A stretch of DNA of 63,529 nt, the filler included, from Neolecta irregularis DAH-3 (taxonomy: Eukaryota): NCBI GenBank assembly GCA_001929475.1. It is 7 parts of 7 records of this genome, joined end to end, with 100 filler letters (N's around TTAATTAATTAA, not from the genome) between each part and the next. Parts side by side here need not be neighbours in the genome. Positions count along the whole stretch, not along the records: positions 1 to 30,589 come from LXFE01000750.1; positions 30,690 to 34,616 come from LXFE01000751.1; positions 34,717 to 39,880 come from LXFE01000752.1; 4 more parts are not named here. One strand, written 5' to 3'. Both the position numbers and the translations under genes were made by a program. This document shows, one piece after another, positions 22,396 to 35,108 of this stretch (the stretch's first letter is position 1; each line of letters opens with the position of its first letter). Below the pieces are notes generated by a model, which was not told the DNA's origin, searched no databases, and saw only the letters and a program-made list of their open reading frames with translations.

Positions 22396-24353
22396 CTACC
22401 ACTGCCTCTGCCCGTCATAGACATGGTATCCCTGATGCTTCTTCCACAAGTTGCACCACGCCTTCATGCTGTCTCGGCTCCTGGCACTATGCACATTGAC
22501 AGTGGGAACTATTCTACCCCATTCCAGTGAACAGCAGAAACACGTCAACTCTCGGAAACTCTGACCAGTCAGCATCTCTTGATCCCCATCCAAGATACCG
22601 AATGCTCGCTGTATGGCACCCCATACACGGTAACGGTTGCCGAAGACCCCCGCTGTGGCTTTAAATCACCAATCCCATACGGGGTTTTCCACTTCTCAAT
22701 GATTGTTTCTACACTTGGATTTTCTGCACGCCTTTTTGAACTCGTAAAAGTCCATCCGGTAGGACGGAATGCCACAATTCTGGAAAAATGTGGCTTGAAT
22801 TGTTCGAGATACTCCAAACTTGTCTAAAACATCGATCAACCCTGCAGGACTAATTAAACTAAAAAATAATAATACCTCGGCCCGAATTTCTCTTAAAGTA
22901 GTTATGTGGACACTTGCTTCGATGGGATTGTCAGTGATAAGATTCAACAGTTCCGGGTCCTCCAGACAAGCACAAATCCGTCTTTTATAAAGTGGGGCAA
23001 AGATCTTTGATCTCATTGCTCTAGCAATACCTGGACGTGAGAACTATTCACATTGTGAGAATACCCATGACAATACGCTCTTTTCCAATTGAGTATGTCC
23101 CTACAATGACTAAAAGTCGACCTCTACCATTTCGACTTGCTGTCTTTTGACTCACAAATTTTCCAATACCTGCTTCGCGTCTGGCAATTTCCACAGGATC
23201 ATCATCGTCCACGATTTCCTTGGATAGACTTAAGCATATTTGCGAGGTCGCAGAAATAACATCATCTTGTGCAGGAAAAGCGTGTTTTGAGCTTTCTATC
23301 AGCAAGGGGAAAACCCTGATTATATAACCTTAAATAGGTCGTATCAAGATATATTGTATCAAACCATTTCCCTTTAATAGCAGGATGTAAAACCTGCAGT
23401 GGATTCGCTCGAAAATCGCCACAATGAAGATATCGTACCCACCGTCCCTGGACTTGCTTTTCAAATAAAAATAAAACGCTCCCTGGACAACTAGACTTTT
23501 TAAAATCAAAAAAGAAAGGCTGAGAGGAAAAACCTACTGGTTTGCGCCAATGCAAGTAACTCCAATTTGTTCAATCCAAATAGTTTTATCCATGGGTAGC
23601 CGAACCACAAATGCCTCTGCAACTCTCAATTGTTGCAGGACTAGATTCGCAGTGATATCACTACAATATATTTTTCCATGGGTCCAGGAACTTGATAAGC
23701 CACCGTAATGATCGCTGTGAAAATGCGAGAGAAAGTATCCATCGATATCCGGTATTTTTCCAAATTTGAAGGCGTCAACGGCAATTCGCATATGTGGCAT
23801 GATCTTGTAAAAAGGGCACGAGCGAAGATACGAGCGCTTGCTGCGATCAGCGCGAGACCTCTCTGTTGTAAATTGCCACTGCTTATCTTCAAAGCGATTT
23901 AGCATGATTTTAGTGAATGCTGATGGTATATTAATGGGTGGTAAAAACTCTGGAGATTGGGATTTTACAGGTTCGAGATGATCGAGACATTGATTGACGT
24001 GGATTAGAGCTTCCTTGAGATTTAGCCGTTTAGATAATTACAGAGAATACAGAATCTGAGAGCCTCGAAAAGGGATAAGAACATATCGGACAAGATGGGG
24101 CAGAAATATCTCGTTGGGACAGGAGCTCGGGATCTTGGTAAAATTCACTCTCCGCAATAGAGCATTCAGGCGAATTATGGTCTTGAAATAGAGGAGTCTC
24201 TTTAGACTTTACAATCTCTTCAATGATGGTGGCTTCATCGGCTATTTTCTCAATAGCTTCGGGATCCGGTTTCTTGGAAAAGAAATGCAGTATCGAGGTA
24301 CTCGATTTTAACGCATCCGACACTGATATTCCCCGAGATGACTTTCGCGGCAT
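22396..24353 (-). CDS. PSO2: DNA interstrand cross-link repair nuclease Pso2/Snm1 (MBL/beta-CASP)
   Basis: FLSHFHSDHYGGL, LHCGDFRA, YLDTTY and VPYSEHS motifs plus an N-terminal CPIC zinc finger, over several exons. Confidence 0.93.
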
Positions 24354-24554
24354 AAAGTGGTAGAAGATGGGTGATCAAGATATTTGATTTTGAACCCCGA
24401 TCTCATGAGATCTCAAACGACGTTACAGTTATAAACATATTTTTCATGTCGACTATTCCAATTTGATTCTCAGTTATAGATAATGTGTTTCAAAGTATTA
24501 TCAACAAATGAAATTTACAATGACGTAGATTTAACAAGTCCTTCGTTCCAATTC

Positions 24555-25202
24555 ATGGCCATGCTTCCGCTCGCCGCCTATATACTGTCGCAACCAGCAC
24601 TTTCAAGTCTGCTTTTATTCGCTCTGGATAGACGGCTTATATGTAGTTCTTCTACCTGTAGGATCTGGATTAGCAGTTGGATACCTGACGAAGCCGTATG
24701 TCAGGGAGATATATGTCAAAGAACGCTTCCCGCCCGGAAAACTGCCGGCCTGGGTTTTTGGGCCTGTTTGGACAGTATGACAAGACATTGAAGCATTGAG
24801 TGGACAAGTAGGGATTGTATGTTGCTATGGGATATGCATCGCACCTATTTTATGCCACGGCACTCGCTATACGAAGCCCCCTTCTCGTCGTATGATCTCG
24901 CTAATAACCTTTTTTGAACAATGCAGGCTGGAACGACCGCTTATTTTAGCTCTCTGGTCTTGAATTTGGCTTATATGCCTCTGACATTCGGCATCAACTC
25001 GCCTACAGCTGGCCTCGTCGATCTATTACTCTTGCTAGGAAACGTTTTATATATAACAAACACCTTTTCAAAAGTGGAAAAGAAGGCTGCTGGACTGATG
25101 ATTCCGTACACAGCTTGGTTATGTTATGCTAGCTATTTAAATGCTGGACAAGTATATTATCGCAGACGAAAAACGATTAAAGGTAAAAGTAAGGAAACTT
25201 GA
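24555..25202 (+). CDS. TspO/MBR family translocator protein
   Basis: Hydrophobic multi-exon protein with a PAWVFGPVWT segment, LNLAYMPLTFG and AAGLMIPYTAWLCYASYLN. Confidence 0.85.
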
Positions 25203-25417
25203 GAATCTCAATCGAGGACCTGGTAAACAAATGTAGTATGATTACTAGAGATAAGTATTTTCTTTTATTAATATATCATATCATTCTCAAACACAATCTA
25301 AACCAATAACAAACCCCTCCAGAACTTCTATATAAAAGACAACCTTATATTGCAAACTCCTCCAAAATCATACCATCGATAAGATATTTCAAAAACTCCA
25401 AGGGAAAAGGGAACGTG

Positions 25418-25976
25418 CTAAATTGCATAGTTTTGGTCCTGTAGGCCTATACACATTGACGAAGCCTCGTCGAGCATTTTCTTTGAGACGTCGAGTTCTT
25501 TGACTTCTTCGGCAGTGAGGAATCTACCACCGGGGCCGCGAGGTCGCCTCATGGCGTGTTTATGACGGGATTCGTGGAGGTATGGCTAGGATATATTAGC
25601 TTGCAGGTCTTTAAGATCGCCGTGCCTTTCTCCCCTGTGCGGCTTTAGCCTGCTTTATCCTTGATTCGCGGCGTTTGATGATGCGGTGGTACTGCTTGGC
25701 GTTGACGTACAGCGGTTCGTCATCGGCGGTCGGAGCAGGCGGCAGCGACGCTGGAGGAATTGCAGGAAACGGAGCCATTTGCAGCTGGTGATCCATGGTA
25801 TTCGCGCTGATTGGCTGAAACAAGCAATAGGTGTTTTGGTGGAGGCGAGATTCGCGCTTTCTCAAACTGATCGGCTGCTGGATGTCTATTGGCTGGTCAC
25901 CTGCAGCAAACGGCAGGGTGGACTGGCGAATGAAGGAGGATATGTTTGGGAAACACTCCGTCGCAGTGGGCAACAT
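25418..25976 (-). CDS. HAP2: CCAAT-binding factor subunit Hap2/HapB (NF-YA)
   Basis: [16 protein letters not shown] and [24 protein letters not shown], joined through a GC-AG intron (25586-25625). The 5' end is uncertain. Confidence 0.92.
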
Positions 25977-27234
25977 ATTCTTATAAGATTGTTTCTCCAG
26001 CTATAATCGGCCAGAGCAAACAACCGCTGAAACTATTTTGCTACCGACATCCGAGCAGAACGCCGGGCGGTCCACCTCGCGGCTACGCGGATCATGGGAA
26101 CATTGGTGCAGCATCGCAAACCTGACTGCGCGGTATAACCGACAGACCCGCAGGCAAAATTCTTTCGAGAAGACACGAAGACGCAGGTATGGCAATTCCT
26201 ACACCGACTGTTTGGGAGAAACATGCTCTAGTTCGGCTCATAAGATCCCGTTAGCGTCCATGGTTCGCTCCACCTAGGGTCTGCTTGTCTAACACCCCAA
26301 ACAGGTTACCCTGTAATATACATGAACCTGATATCCAAGAAGAAGATTCTCAAGACGACCGCTCAATAGGCCTCGGCACCAGTGGAAATCTAGGGAGAAA
26401 GCCAATCGTGAGGTTATCGCTGTTAACGGCGCAGATACACGCATCCCGTCAGACTTGCCTTTTGAAGCCATCATATTGATCAACGATGTTCCGTAGAACG
26501 CTCGAAGAGAGAAGCATCAGAAGTATCTGTAAGTCATCATCCGGGAACGTCTAGGTCTTAGGGATATAGTGCTAGTTCATGACATGACTTTTATATTGTT
26601 TTCCTTGACAAACTGTTTGAATGCTGCGTCTTCGGATTTGTACTTTTCCAACAGTACCTCAATAGTCTTTAAAAGCTGTGGAGATCAGCTGTCTGCAAGA
26701 ATGAGGACGGCACATTCTTATGCAGGTCCTCCAGCATGGGCAGAACCTCGCGTATCGATTTTTCAACCAGCACCCCATTGATCATGTGGAAGCATTTCCT
26801 CGGAGGGTCGAGTGGCCTCAGAGTCTCGATAACGAGTCTGGCAGGGGATCAACAGACGCAGATGAGAGATGAAGGGGCTACTTGTGCTCTTCTGCTTCCG
26901 ACTCGAGTTTGCTTACGCGGGCGATCAACTTTTGGATGCGGGATTTATGCTGCGAGTACATGGCTTGGAGTTCTGTAGATCAGCGAATCGAATCGAGGGC
27001 GGATCTACCATCTGCAGAGCGGTGAGATTGGGGCATGGTAGCGAACGAGGCGGTGAAAGGACGCGGCATGCGGGAAAAGTGGCGAGTTTGGCGGTGGCGG
27101 TGCCCTGTGGCGGCGCCGTCGGTGCAATCAGACTAGCACAAGCGATCTCCAACACTCGTTTCCACCACCAAAAGTGCGCATTGGCGATCTTCAACGGTCT
27201 CAAAGGCGCAAACAAAACCGCTGCTAACATATCC

Positions 27235-28392
27235 ATGGCGCTGTCCCAGTTGTTCTCCAGACACCGCAACAGCATTCCGCTAGTTTCCGCTTCCGCGGAG
27301 ACCGTGCGCTTCTTACGACCCTCTGCCGCTCGTATCCGTCTAAAACAGTGTCTGATTTGTGCCATGCTCGTCGTTGCTCTACTCCGTGTCTTTGGCTTCT
27401 TGTCTACACATTCTCGCAGCAGCAAGTATGTCATTGTGCTAAGCAGCAACACGGGCGGCGGTGTCATGGGCTGGAAAGGGCCTCAGGAGTGGCAAATAGA
27501 AAAGGAGAGCATACAAAACAAGAAACAGTACGCAAAGCGCCATGGTATCGGCCCAATTCTCCAACTTTGTCTAATGCTCTCGGCACCAGGCTACGACCTC
27601 GTTGTCAGGGACATGAAGACTCAAAAACGATATCAACACGTGCTTCCTCGGCCTTGCGCCTATACTAAACGTCTATAGGAATGGAGAGAGTCTTGGGAAA
27701 AAGTGGATGCCATTCAGGCTACTATGAAGCAATTCCCCAAGGCAGAGTGGTTTTGGTGGCTTGATCTCGTATGTTCCCATGCGATATCACACGCTCATCT
27801 CATCTTATAAGAACACAATTATTATGGAGCCTCAAATATCGCTTGAGTCACATATTTTCGATCATCTGGGAGAAGTAGCCACGCAAGCGCCCCCTCACAA
27901 CCCTCTGGGCCTCCAGTTATCACCCCTCACCAATCGCTCCGGAGAAATCAACATGTTGGTCACGCAAGATTGCAGCGGATTTTCGCTTGGGAGTTTCTTC
28001 ATTCGGCGAAGCGAATGGACCGAGTGGTTGTTGGACGTTTGGTGGAATCCAGTCTTTTACGAACAAATGCACGCCAGGTGGGAGCATAATGAACAAGATG
28101 CTCTGGTATATCTATCCTGTTTGACATATACTTATCGCCACAGCAACATATGTATGTTGAAATGCCTCATGTTCAAGATTCTCTATATTTTCTCCCACAA
28201 CGAACGATCAATTCATTTCCCTCTGGGGCGTGTTCAGACTACTGGGGAGATAAACGATTCTTCTACTTTGAGAATGAGCGCGATTTTCTTGTTAATATGG
28301 CAGGCTGCGAATACGGGCGAAACTGTTTTGAAGAAATGAGAGTCTACAGGGAACTGAGCCGAAAACATCACAAGTGGTGGAAATTTCGTTGA
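27235..28392 (+). CDS. MNN10: GT34 alpha-1,6-mannosyltransferase, Mnn10-like (multi-exon)
   Basis: NTGGGVMGWKGPQEWQIEKESIQNKKQYAKRHG, EWRESWEKVD, WFWWLD, EHNEQDAL and NMAGCEYGRNC. Confidence 0.88.
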
Positions 28393-28650
28393 TACGAACC
28401 TCAGTCTTTAACTATTTTTAACTTATGAAAGGGGTTAGCGTAATTATTTTGACGTTGTCTTCGTTAAATCTGTGCATAGCAATTGCTTTTGGTTTAGGTA
28501 ATTCGATCTTGGAAAATAGATATTGTAGATAATTCTTTCAATGATTGAACCTATGAATTCAAAGGCAATATAATATATAAAGTCCATGAGGGTCAATGGA
28601 GGGAGAACCGCCAAACGCCGTCAAATGATGAAACACTTGGTGGAAACAGA

Positions 28651-29541
28651 TCAAGTGAGTGCCTAATGATCAGTACTCCCAAAACTCAACGTCCATACCG
28701 CAAGCAATACAATGGCAAAAATAACTAAAAACACCATTAATAATACACAAGCACGCTTCCTCGCTTTCCTTTGATACTTGGCTGCAATAGTCAACTGTGC
28801 GCTAGCATTCTTCGTGTTCGTAGCGACCGAAGAAACGTTCGCTTCGATATTGTCTAAACAATTCAGTCCGACAGTTAAAGATGGATACATACCAACCATA
28901 ACGCCCTGCTCGCCAATCATGGTTCCAAGATCACGAAATATTTCGTTCAGTTCCGTGATGCCTTCTTCGATATCCCGAATTTCATCTTCCCTCTGATTAA
29001 TCAAAAGCTCGTTATAAGCGATATCTGGGTCAAGATTTTGGGATTCTTGCTGTTGAACAAGTGACTGCTCTTGAGCCAAAGACAAATCTTCTCTGTCACT
29101 TTTGGTAAGGACGGTCTGAAAAAGAGGAAAATACGTTGCAAGATGTTCCTTCGCGGCTCTTAAATCCTGTCTTTGGCGTTTACTTTCGTTCTTTTGAAGT
29201 TGTTGAAACTCAACGAGAACGTTTGTAAATTCCTTCTGTATCTTCTCCTTCTCAAACCTCTTTCTGCGCTATCGGTAAGTCATTCATATTTATAATAAAA
29301 TGTATACATCGTCATCAGTATCCCATGTAGATAATTCCTTGACGTTTCCTTGGGCATTTCTGACTATTTCTCGGGTATCTTCTAAGAGTTGCGATATACG
29401 TTCCGGGTCTTTGGATCGAACGGTGGTTGTAAGATTACGACGAATACGAAAAATCGCTGTGCTTATTTTATTTGTCAACACGGCGAACGGATCTGAGGGA
29501 GGCGCGAAAGAACGGGGGTTGTCAATGTTGGCGAAAGACAT
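28651..29541 (-). CDS. PEP12: Endosomal/vacuolar syntaxin (Pep12/Vam3-like)
   Basis: SNARE motif QREDEIRDIEEGITELNEIFRDLGTMIGEQG and a C-terminal TM helix. Confidence 0.85.
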
Positions 29542-30589
29542 GGTGGTTGGAGGGGCTCAGCGAGGATTGCTTAAAGGAAGACCTTGGGGAATTTGATGTT
29601 GAAACAAAACGGATAATCAGGCAAAGATTTCGGTTTATATTCGGTTTTCCTATTAAATATTTTGGAAGCTTATTGAAATAAATACGCACAGTTCCATGAG
29701 TTTTCCTTCATCGAGAAACGTCACGACAGGACCTCAATAGATTCAATTCACAAACTACAACCGCATCATTTCAGTATTTTTCCCTCTGCTATCGGTACAA
29801 GTTCAGCCGTTGGGAAGCTTATCGTCGGTCCACCCTTTCAGTTAAACGCCAATACCAATAGAAAGGAAAGCTCAAGGGTAAAAACCCGTCATATCAAATC
29901 AAAGCTATCATTCATGTACGATAGCTCTTGCGATCTTTAAGCGAGATATCACCTGGTCATCTGCTAATTTGACCTAAAATCAATAAGGCCAAGATCGTAT
30001 AATATGGGATATAATTAGTTTCTACATCCTAGAATGTTGCAAAGGCCTACCTGCAATGACAGCCGAGAGAACTTCGGTGAATGGAGTTTAGAATAATACA
30101 AAGTATATCTTTGAGGTGTTCCTAGTCCTGTCAAGATCTCACAAGTCAGATAACGAGCCAAGCGCTGAAACTAAAGCTGATATCAATCCATATTTTTGTT
30201 CAGTCTGTCATTTCCCTATTACTTGGTCCTAGAGAACTTGAATTATTTTTTGCACTACTTTACTACATTCTCTAAGAGACGGTTGATATAACAAGTATCT
30301 GCTGGAACTGTAAATTATCTTCACCTCGCAACGAGAGAGATTGGCAATGCATAACAGAGGGTAGTCACGGTAATATATGGCATATTGTAATGGAGATCTT
30401 CATCCTCTTTAAGGTGAATATAACTTGGTAATTAGTTGTCGTGCGTTCCATGAAATCTAAGTTCGCAAGTACTCGTTAACATTTCATCATAGATTATAAA
30501 AGTAAACATAATTACTAGAATAGTCTAACTATTATCTTGCATACAAAACTATTACAAAAATAGCTGCGTCTGACCTTCGTTTTTATCAC

Positions 30590-30689
30590 NNNNNNNNNNN
30601 NNNNNNNNNNNNNNNNNNNNNNNNNNNNNNNNNTTAATTAATTAANNNNNNNNNNNNNNNNNNNNNNNNNNNNNNNNNNNNNNNNNNNN
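30590..30689. other. Artificial contig spacer (also at 34617-34716, 39881-39980, 50120-50219, 57495-57594, 62221-62320)
   Basis: Identical 100-nt N-run/TTAATTAATTAA/N-run blocks with stops in all six frames. Confidence 0.98.
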
Positions 30690-31095
30690 CCAAAATGAGC
30701 AAGTAAGCAAGTCCAAAGGCTAGACTTGGACTTACTTACTTGATAGCAAGTCTGGACATGGAAAAGGCACTGCTGCTTCCTCTTACTCCCCTACTCGCTT
30801 CCTCTCACTCTTTTGCCTATTACTGCCCCGCCTTCCTTGCCTGTTATCGCCTGCCCTCCTTGCCCGTTCCTGCTCCCCCTCCTCGCTCGCTACCGCCCCG
30901 CCCTCTGGCCTGTTATCGCCTGTTATCGCATGCCTCCTTGCCTGCTATCGCCCCACCCACCTCGCCGTTACTGCTCCCCCTCCTGGTCCGTTATCGTCCC
31001 TGCCCTCTCACCTGTTACTGCCCGCCCTCCTAACCCTGCCCCGCCCTCCTCGCCCGTTACTGCTCCCCCTCCTCGCTCTTTACCGCCCTGCCCGA
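30690..31095. repeat. TE-end-like AAGTC/GACTT repeats followed by a degenerate C/T-rich tandem array
   Basis: Recurrent CCTGTTATCGCC, GTTACTGCTCCCCCTCCT and CCCGCCCTCC units. Confidence 0.6.
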
Positions 31096-31159
31096 GATCC
31101 GGTATGACGTATGAAGTTAATTCACCCGTGGTAAATACGGTTTCCTGTGATGTGTTTTG

Positions 31160-31790
31160 AACACAACGCTTCTATGCTTCCTCAAAGGTCCCCATTTGAC
31201 TTTCTTGTATTAGATTTGTTGGCAGACCATTAGTTTCGCCTTTAAATTCCGATCCCGATAGTGCTTGTTTTGTTTGAATCCGTTGGTTGGTTGTTCAACT
31301 GTGAATTGATTGCCATTTGCTCCAAGTTATGCTCGCAAGATTTGTTACATATCACGTGACACGATGATCTGCATGATTCGATGTGAAACTTTGTATGTAT
31401 AGTATACTTCACCTACTAAAGAAATGACGAGATAGAAATTATTATGTATTAGTAATTTTGGTTATTTAGTGAATTTGGTATTGCACCTGTCATACGAAAA
31501 TGATACACGAAGTATCATAGCGGTTATCTGATGGGTCTTTCTATTATTATTCGTTTCCTTGGTTTTCTACAATGACGTGGCTCATTCTCGTAAATCTATA
31601 AGTAGTCATGTAGCTGCCCCATTGCAGGTTGTTGGATAATGCTCTATCCATTCACACAAAAAATCTAAGAATCGTTTTTCATTTATATCAGAACCCCTGC
31701 AAAACTCTACAACCAGAACCTGTGCGACACACCTATGTAAATTGGCCAAAAAACGTGCCGCCGGCGGGCGGGTGGACACAGATTTGATTT
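31160..31790. repeat. Inverted copy of the 17826-18235 repeat, interrupted by a solo LTR
   Basis: Reverse-complement alignment on both sides of 31488-31729. Confidence 0.75.
31488..31729. mobile_element. Solo LTR, 242 bp, with 4-bp TSD CACC (second LTR family)
   Basis: TGTC...GACA termini with CACC on both sides. The empty site GCACCTAT is present in the paralogous repeat at 17912-17920, and the core is shared with 34387-34450. Confidence 0.75.
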
Positions 31791-31849
31791 GGTTGTTGAC
31801 CCACCACCACCTTCCCCAGAGTATATTACGCCCATTTCACACTGCAAGA

Positions 31850-32902
31850 ATGTCTAGAAGATCATGTGTTGTTTTGCTGCTCGCGATCTCCTTCATTGCC
31901 GTGCTTTCCCTAATCTTGATGCAAGGTCGTATCACGACCTCTTCGCCGTTACAATTTGAAGATTCATCTGATGCTTTCCAGTATCTCGAAAAGCCCAATT
32001 TCAAGAACGAAATGCAGAGTGACAGCAATCAGTCTTCCCCGAATAATAAGCATGAGTTGGAGAAAGTTGGTAGCAGCATTCCTACAGAAACCCAAACAAT
32101 CCTCCAGGGAGAGCCACTGTCTGATCTCATCATCAGCCGTAGTGAAGGAGAAAAGGTCGTCCTCGTTCTGGCCAGCAATGGAGAAGGCAATCAGGGTGAC
32201 ATAGAAGGATTGCTGGAAAAGGTAATCAAAGATCGTACATCCTATGCGAAACGACACGGTTATGGGTTTTTCTACACGAACACAAATCGATATAACGCCG
32301 GCGATATGCATCCTACATGGCTCAAATCTAAAGCAATCAGTGAAGCAATGACGACCTTCCCGAATGCTGCATGGTTTTGGTGGCTCGACCAAGATGCAAT
32401 CATTATGACGCCAAATCTTTCAATCGAAGCAGAGCTGCTGAATCCAAAAATCTTGAGCCAAAAGCTTCTTTCCCACGAAAAGTATATAAGGAAAGGATTA
32501 CCAGACTCATTTTCACCAGATGTTTATGACCTTGATAAAGTCGACCTCATCTGTAGTCAAGACCACAATGGCATTAATGCTGGCTCCATACTCATTCGAA
32601 GGAGTTCATGGACTGATATTGTTCTTGATCTTTGGAATAATCCCGATCTTAAACAAGCAACTGGATTCGGTAAAGAACAAGATCTTATAAGAGATCTGCT
32701 AGTGCGTCATGATACCTTTCGAAATCATGCTGGAATTGTTCAACAGCGATTGATCAATGCGTATTATGAAGGGGGTGATAATATGAAATGGCAAGAGGGA
32801 GATTTGGTTGTGCACTTTGCAGGATGTTGGGTGAATAAAAAGTGCGGTGTTTGGTGGAATGAAATGTGGGAGATAAGCCATCCAGTTGGATCGAATGATT
32901 GA
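31850..32902 (+). CDS. GT34 galactosyl/mannosyltransferase (Gma12/Gmh-like), intronless
   Basis: Type II TM anchor, YAKRHGY, WFWWLDQDA, QDHNGINAGS, KEQD and VVHFAGC. Confidence 0.9.
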   Translation: MSRRSCVVLLLAISFIAVLSLILMQGRITTSSPLQFEDSSDAFQYLEKPNFKNEMQSDSNQSSPNNKHELEKVGSSIPTETQTILQGEPLSDLIISRSEGEKVVLVLASNGEGNQGDIEGLLEKVIKDRTSYAKRHGYGFFYTNTNRYNAGDMHPTWLKSKAISEAMTTFPNAAWFWWLDQDAIIMTPNLSIEAELLNPKILSQKLLSHEKYIRKGLPDSFSPDVYDLDKVDLICSQDHNGINAGSILIRRSSWTDIVLDLWNNPDLKQATGFGKEQDLIRDLLVRHDTFRNHAGIVQQRLINAYYEGGDNMKWQEGDLVVHFAGCWVNKKCGVWWNEMWEISHPVGSND

Positions 32903-33456
32903 GTTTGGTTGTGTTTTGCTTTTCTTGGTAGTCTAGGGTAATTATTTGGTTTATCCTTGCATTTGATTTCGGGGTTTGCGAGATACTCGAGAGAACAAGA
33001 GATCTTCTGAATTGTGATGACGAGAGGATGATGGGCCGGGCTTTTTCCATAGTCCAGTCCATGGACTTGTTACACACAGGCTGTAGTTGTCTTTGAGGTT
33101 TTAGGATTCTGAAAACAGGAAAATGAGGAAAACGATTCGTTGATTCTTAGCAGGATGAATAGAACACAATCCATCCATCCTACAAGTGTGCAGATACAGG
33201 ACTATAAAGAACAACTCGGATATATCACTGGTCTTGAACCTATTCTTCGATTCTTCGCTTGGATGGATATCGCATTATGCACCAAGTCTTATAAATGGGC
33301 GGCTGCAAGACTATTGAGGAAAACATAGCATCATCATCAGCAACTACGAGACAAAAAATGAAAATAAAATAAAAGCGAGACTAGTCTCGACAACATTAGG
33401 TATATCCTGTTCTCACCATAGGCCCATCCAATCCCCTAGGCCCAGTCGCATACAAA

Positions 33457-34005
33457 TCAACCAAAAACTGCTTGTAAAACAATAGGGTAGCACTCTTTGT
33501 TCGTCAGAGCCCCTGCCTGCGTCCGTAGATTTATGCCCCACACCTGCTTGCCAAACAATATTTGAGAATTGCAGTAAGCGAAAGCGTCGAGCGATCCATT
33601 AAACATCAAAAAATTGTCGCAATCGAATGTCCACAAACCCGGGCTCTGTTTTGACACAAAATACAACGGAGTGACGTTGGTACCCTCCTTTTGGTCGTCA
33701 ACAGCGAATTGGAGAGGAACGGGCTCTAGGACACCTTTCGGTCCTGTGACTGTGATGACCTGAGCAACTGTGTGAGTCGGGCAGTCGGATGTCAAATTTG
33801 CCGCCTGCGAACGGCCTGATAGAGTAACGAAGTTTTCGGTAGGACCGACGTGATATCCGGAGAGGAAGAGACCGTTGTATTCTGACTTGGAACACTTCGA
33901 GGTTTTGAGATAGAAAGTCGGCCCGAATGGAGGAGATATTTCACTGGACCCATGAAGAGCGATGAAGCCGAATGATACGATAAGAGTAGCGATGATGGAC
34001 TTCAT
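33457..34005 (-). CDS. Small secreted Cys-containing protein, intronless
   Basis: Signal peptide and a GLFLSGYHVG...VTL segment reminiscent of uncharacterised secreted fungal proteins; ends ECYPIVLQAVFG. Confidence 0.7.
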   Translation of the reverse strand: MKSIIATLIVSFGFIALHGSSEISPPFGPTFYLKTSKCSKSEYNGLFLSGYHVGPTENFVTLSGRSQAANLTSDCPTHTVAQVITVTGPKGVLEPVPLQFAVDDQKEGTNVTPLYFVSKQSPGLWTFDCDNFLMFNGSLDAFAYCNSQILFGKQVWGINLRTQAGALTNKECYPIVLQAVFG

Positions 34006-34176
34006 GGACGATTGTGCGAATTCTCTAAACAGGAAAACGAGCTTTTATAAGTGAGCATTGAACCCCTGCCTGGAATTGACAGGGGTTGCAGAGACGGTGA
34101 AGTTTCACGGCACAGACGATAGACAGAAATAGCACCACCACCGTGTATTAGTAATTATCTTGTTCTCCAAAATCAA

Positions 34177-34540
34177 TGTCACAAAATTCTCTCAGATATA
34201 TTGCTAGACCTTCCTCCTCCCTGGTGTATCTTTAGAATAAGCTATTATCTCCATCACAGCCATCCTCTGGCTACTTCAAATTGGTTTGTCAACAGGCACA
34301 AGGTCTAAGCTAACATAGTCCCAACGATAGTCTGCCAGAATTAGAACCTTGGACGATTATCAGCTACCCCTATCACTCTTGGCCTGCTTCCTTGGTTTAC
34401 TACAATGACGTGGCTCATACTTGTACATCTATAAGTAGTCCTGTATCTGCACATTTGTAGGCAGACTTTCCTGCTTACTTGAGGTGTTATCCTGGCGATT
34501 GAATATCATGTTTGTGGCATGAGAAAAATCGGATGTGACA
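34177..34540. mobile_element. LTR-like element related to 31488-31729
   Basis: TGTCACA...TGTGACA termini and a shared TTCCTTGGTTT.CTACAATGACGTGGCTCAT core. No TSD. Confidence 0.5.
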
Positions 34541-35108
34541 GAGGCGATATTTGTAAGCTATGCGCTTAGAAGTACGATAAGACCAAGTGTTATAACTAGC
34601 CTAAGTAGACGTACTTNNNNNNNNNNNNNNNNNNNNNNNNNNNNNNNNNNNNNNNNNNNNTTAATTAATTAANNNNNNNNNNNNNNNNNNNNNNNNNNNN
34701 NNNNNNNNNNNNNNNNCCAGGTAAATTGGTTCTGGATGCCCTCACTTTTCGTTCAATAATTACACATGCGCTTACATCTTATCTCGGGTTGTTTGGATCA
34801 TAGTATCACATCGACATCTTGAAATCTCTTGAGGACCATGTGTGGATACGTTGCCCTTCAAAGTTTGTACACGAGGAAGAGCCTTGTTAATGCTATAGCG
34901 TTACAGAAGGTTTTTGGGCTGCTATCAGCGGATGGAAAGGGACATTCGAAGCTCATGATATTGCATTGCAAACCATACACCAATCCCAGAATCTCATGGG
35001 ACTTGTAGGCTCGAGCAGAGAGTTTCAAATATTGGAGAGAAAAATCATTGATGATATACGCCCTACAAATGATCGGTCGAATTGATACATTCCCATTTTG
35101 TCTGAGAA

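Noticed and set aside
26869..27234. N-terminal extension of MNN10 (likewise 31742-31849 for the second GT34)
   Set aside because: The extensions appear to be open upstream frame only. The downstream ATGs give the normal type II membrane topology.
30634..30645. Recurrent TTAATTAATTAA motif
   Set aside because: Always centred in identical N-runs: an assembly spacer, not biology.
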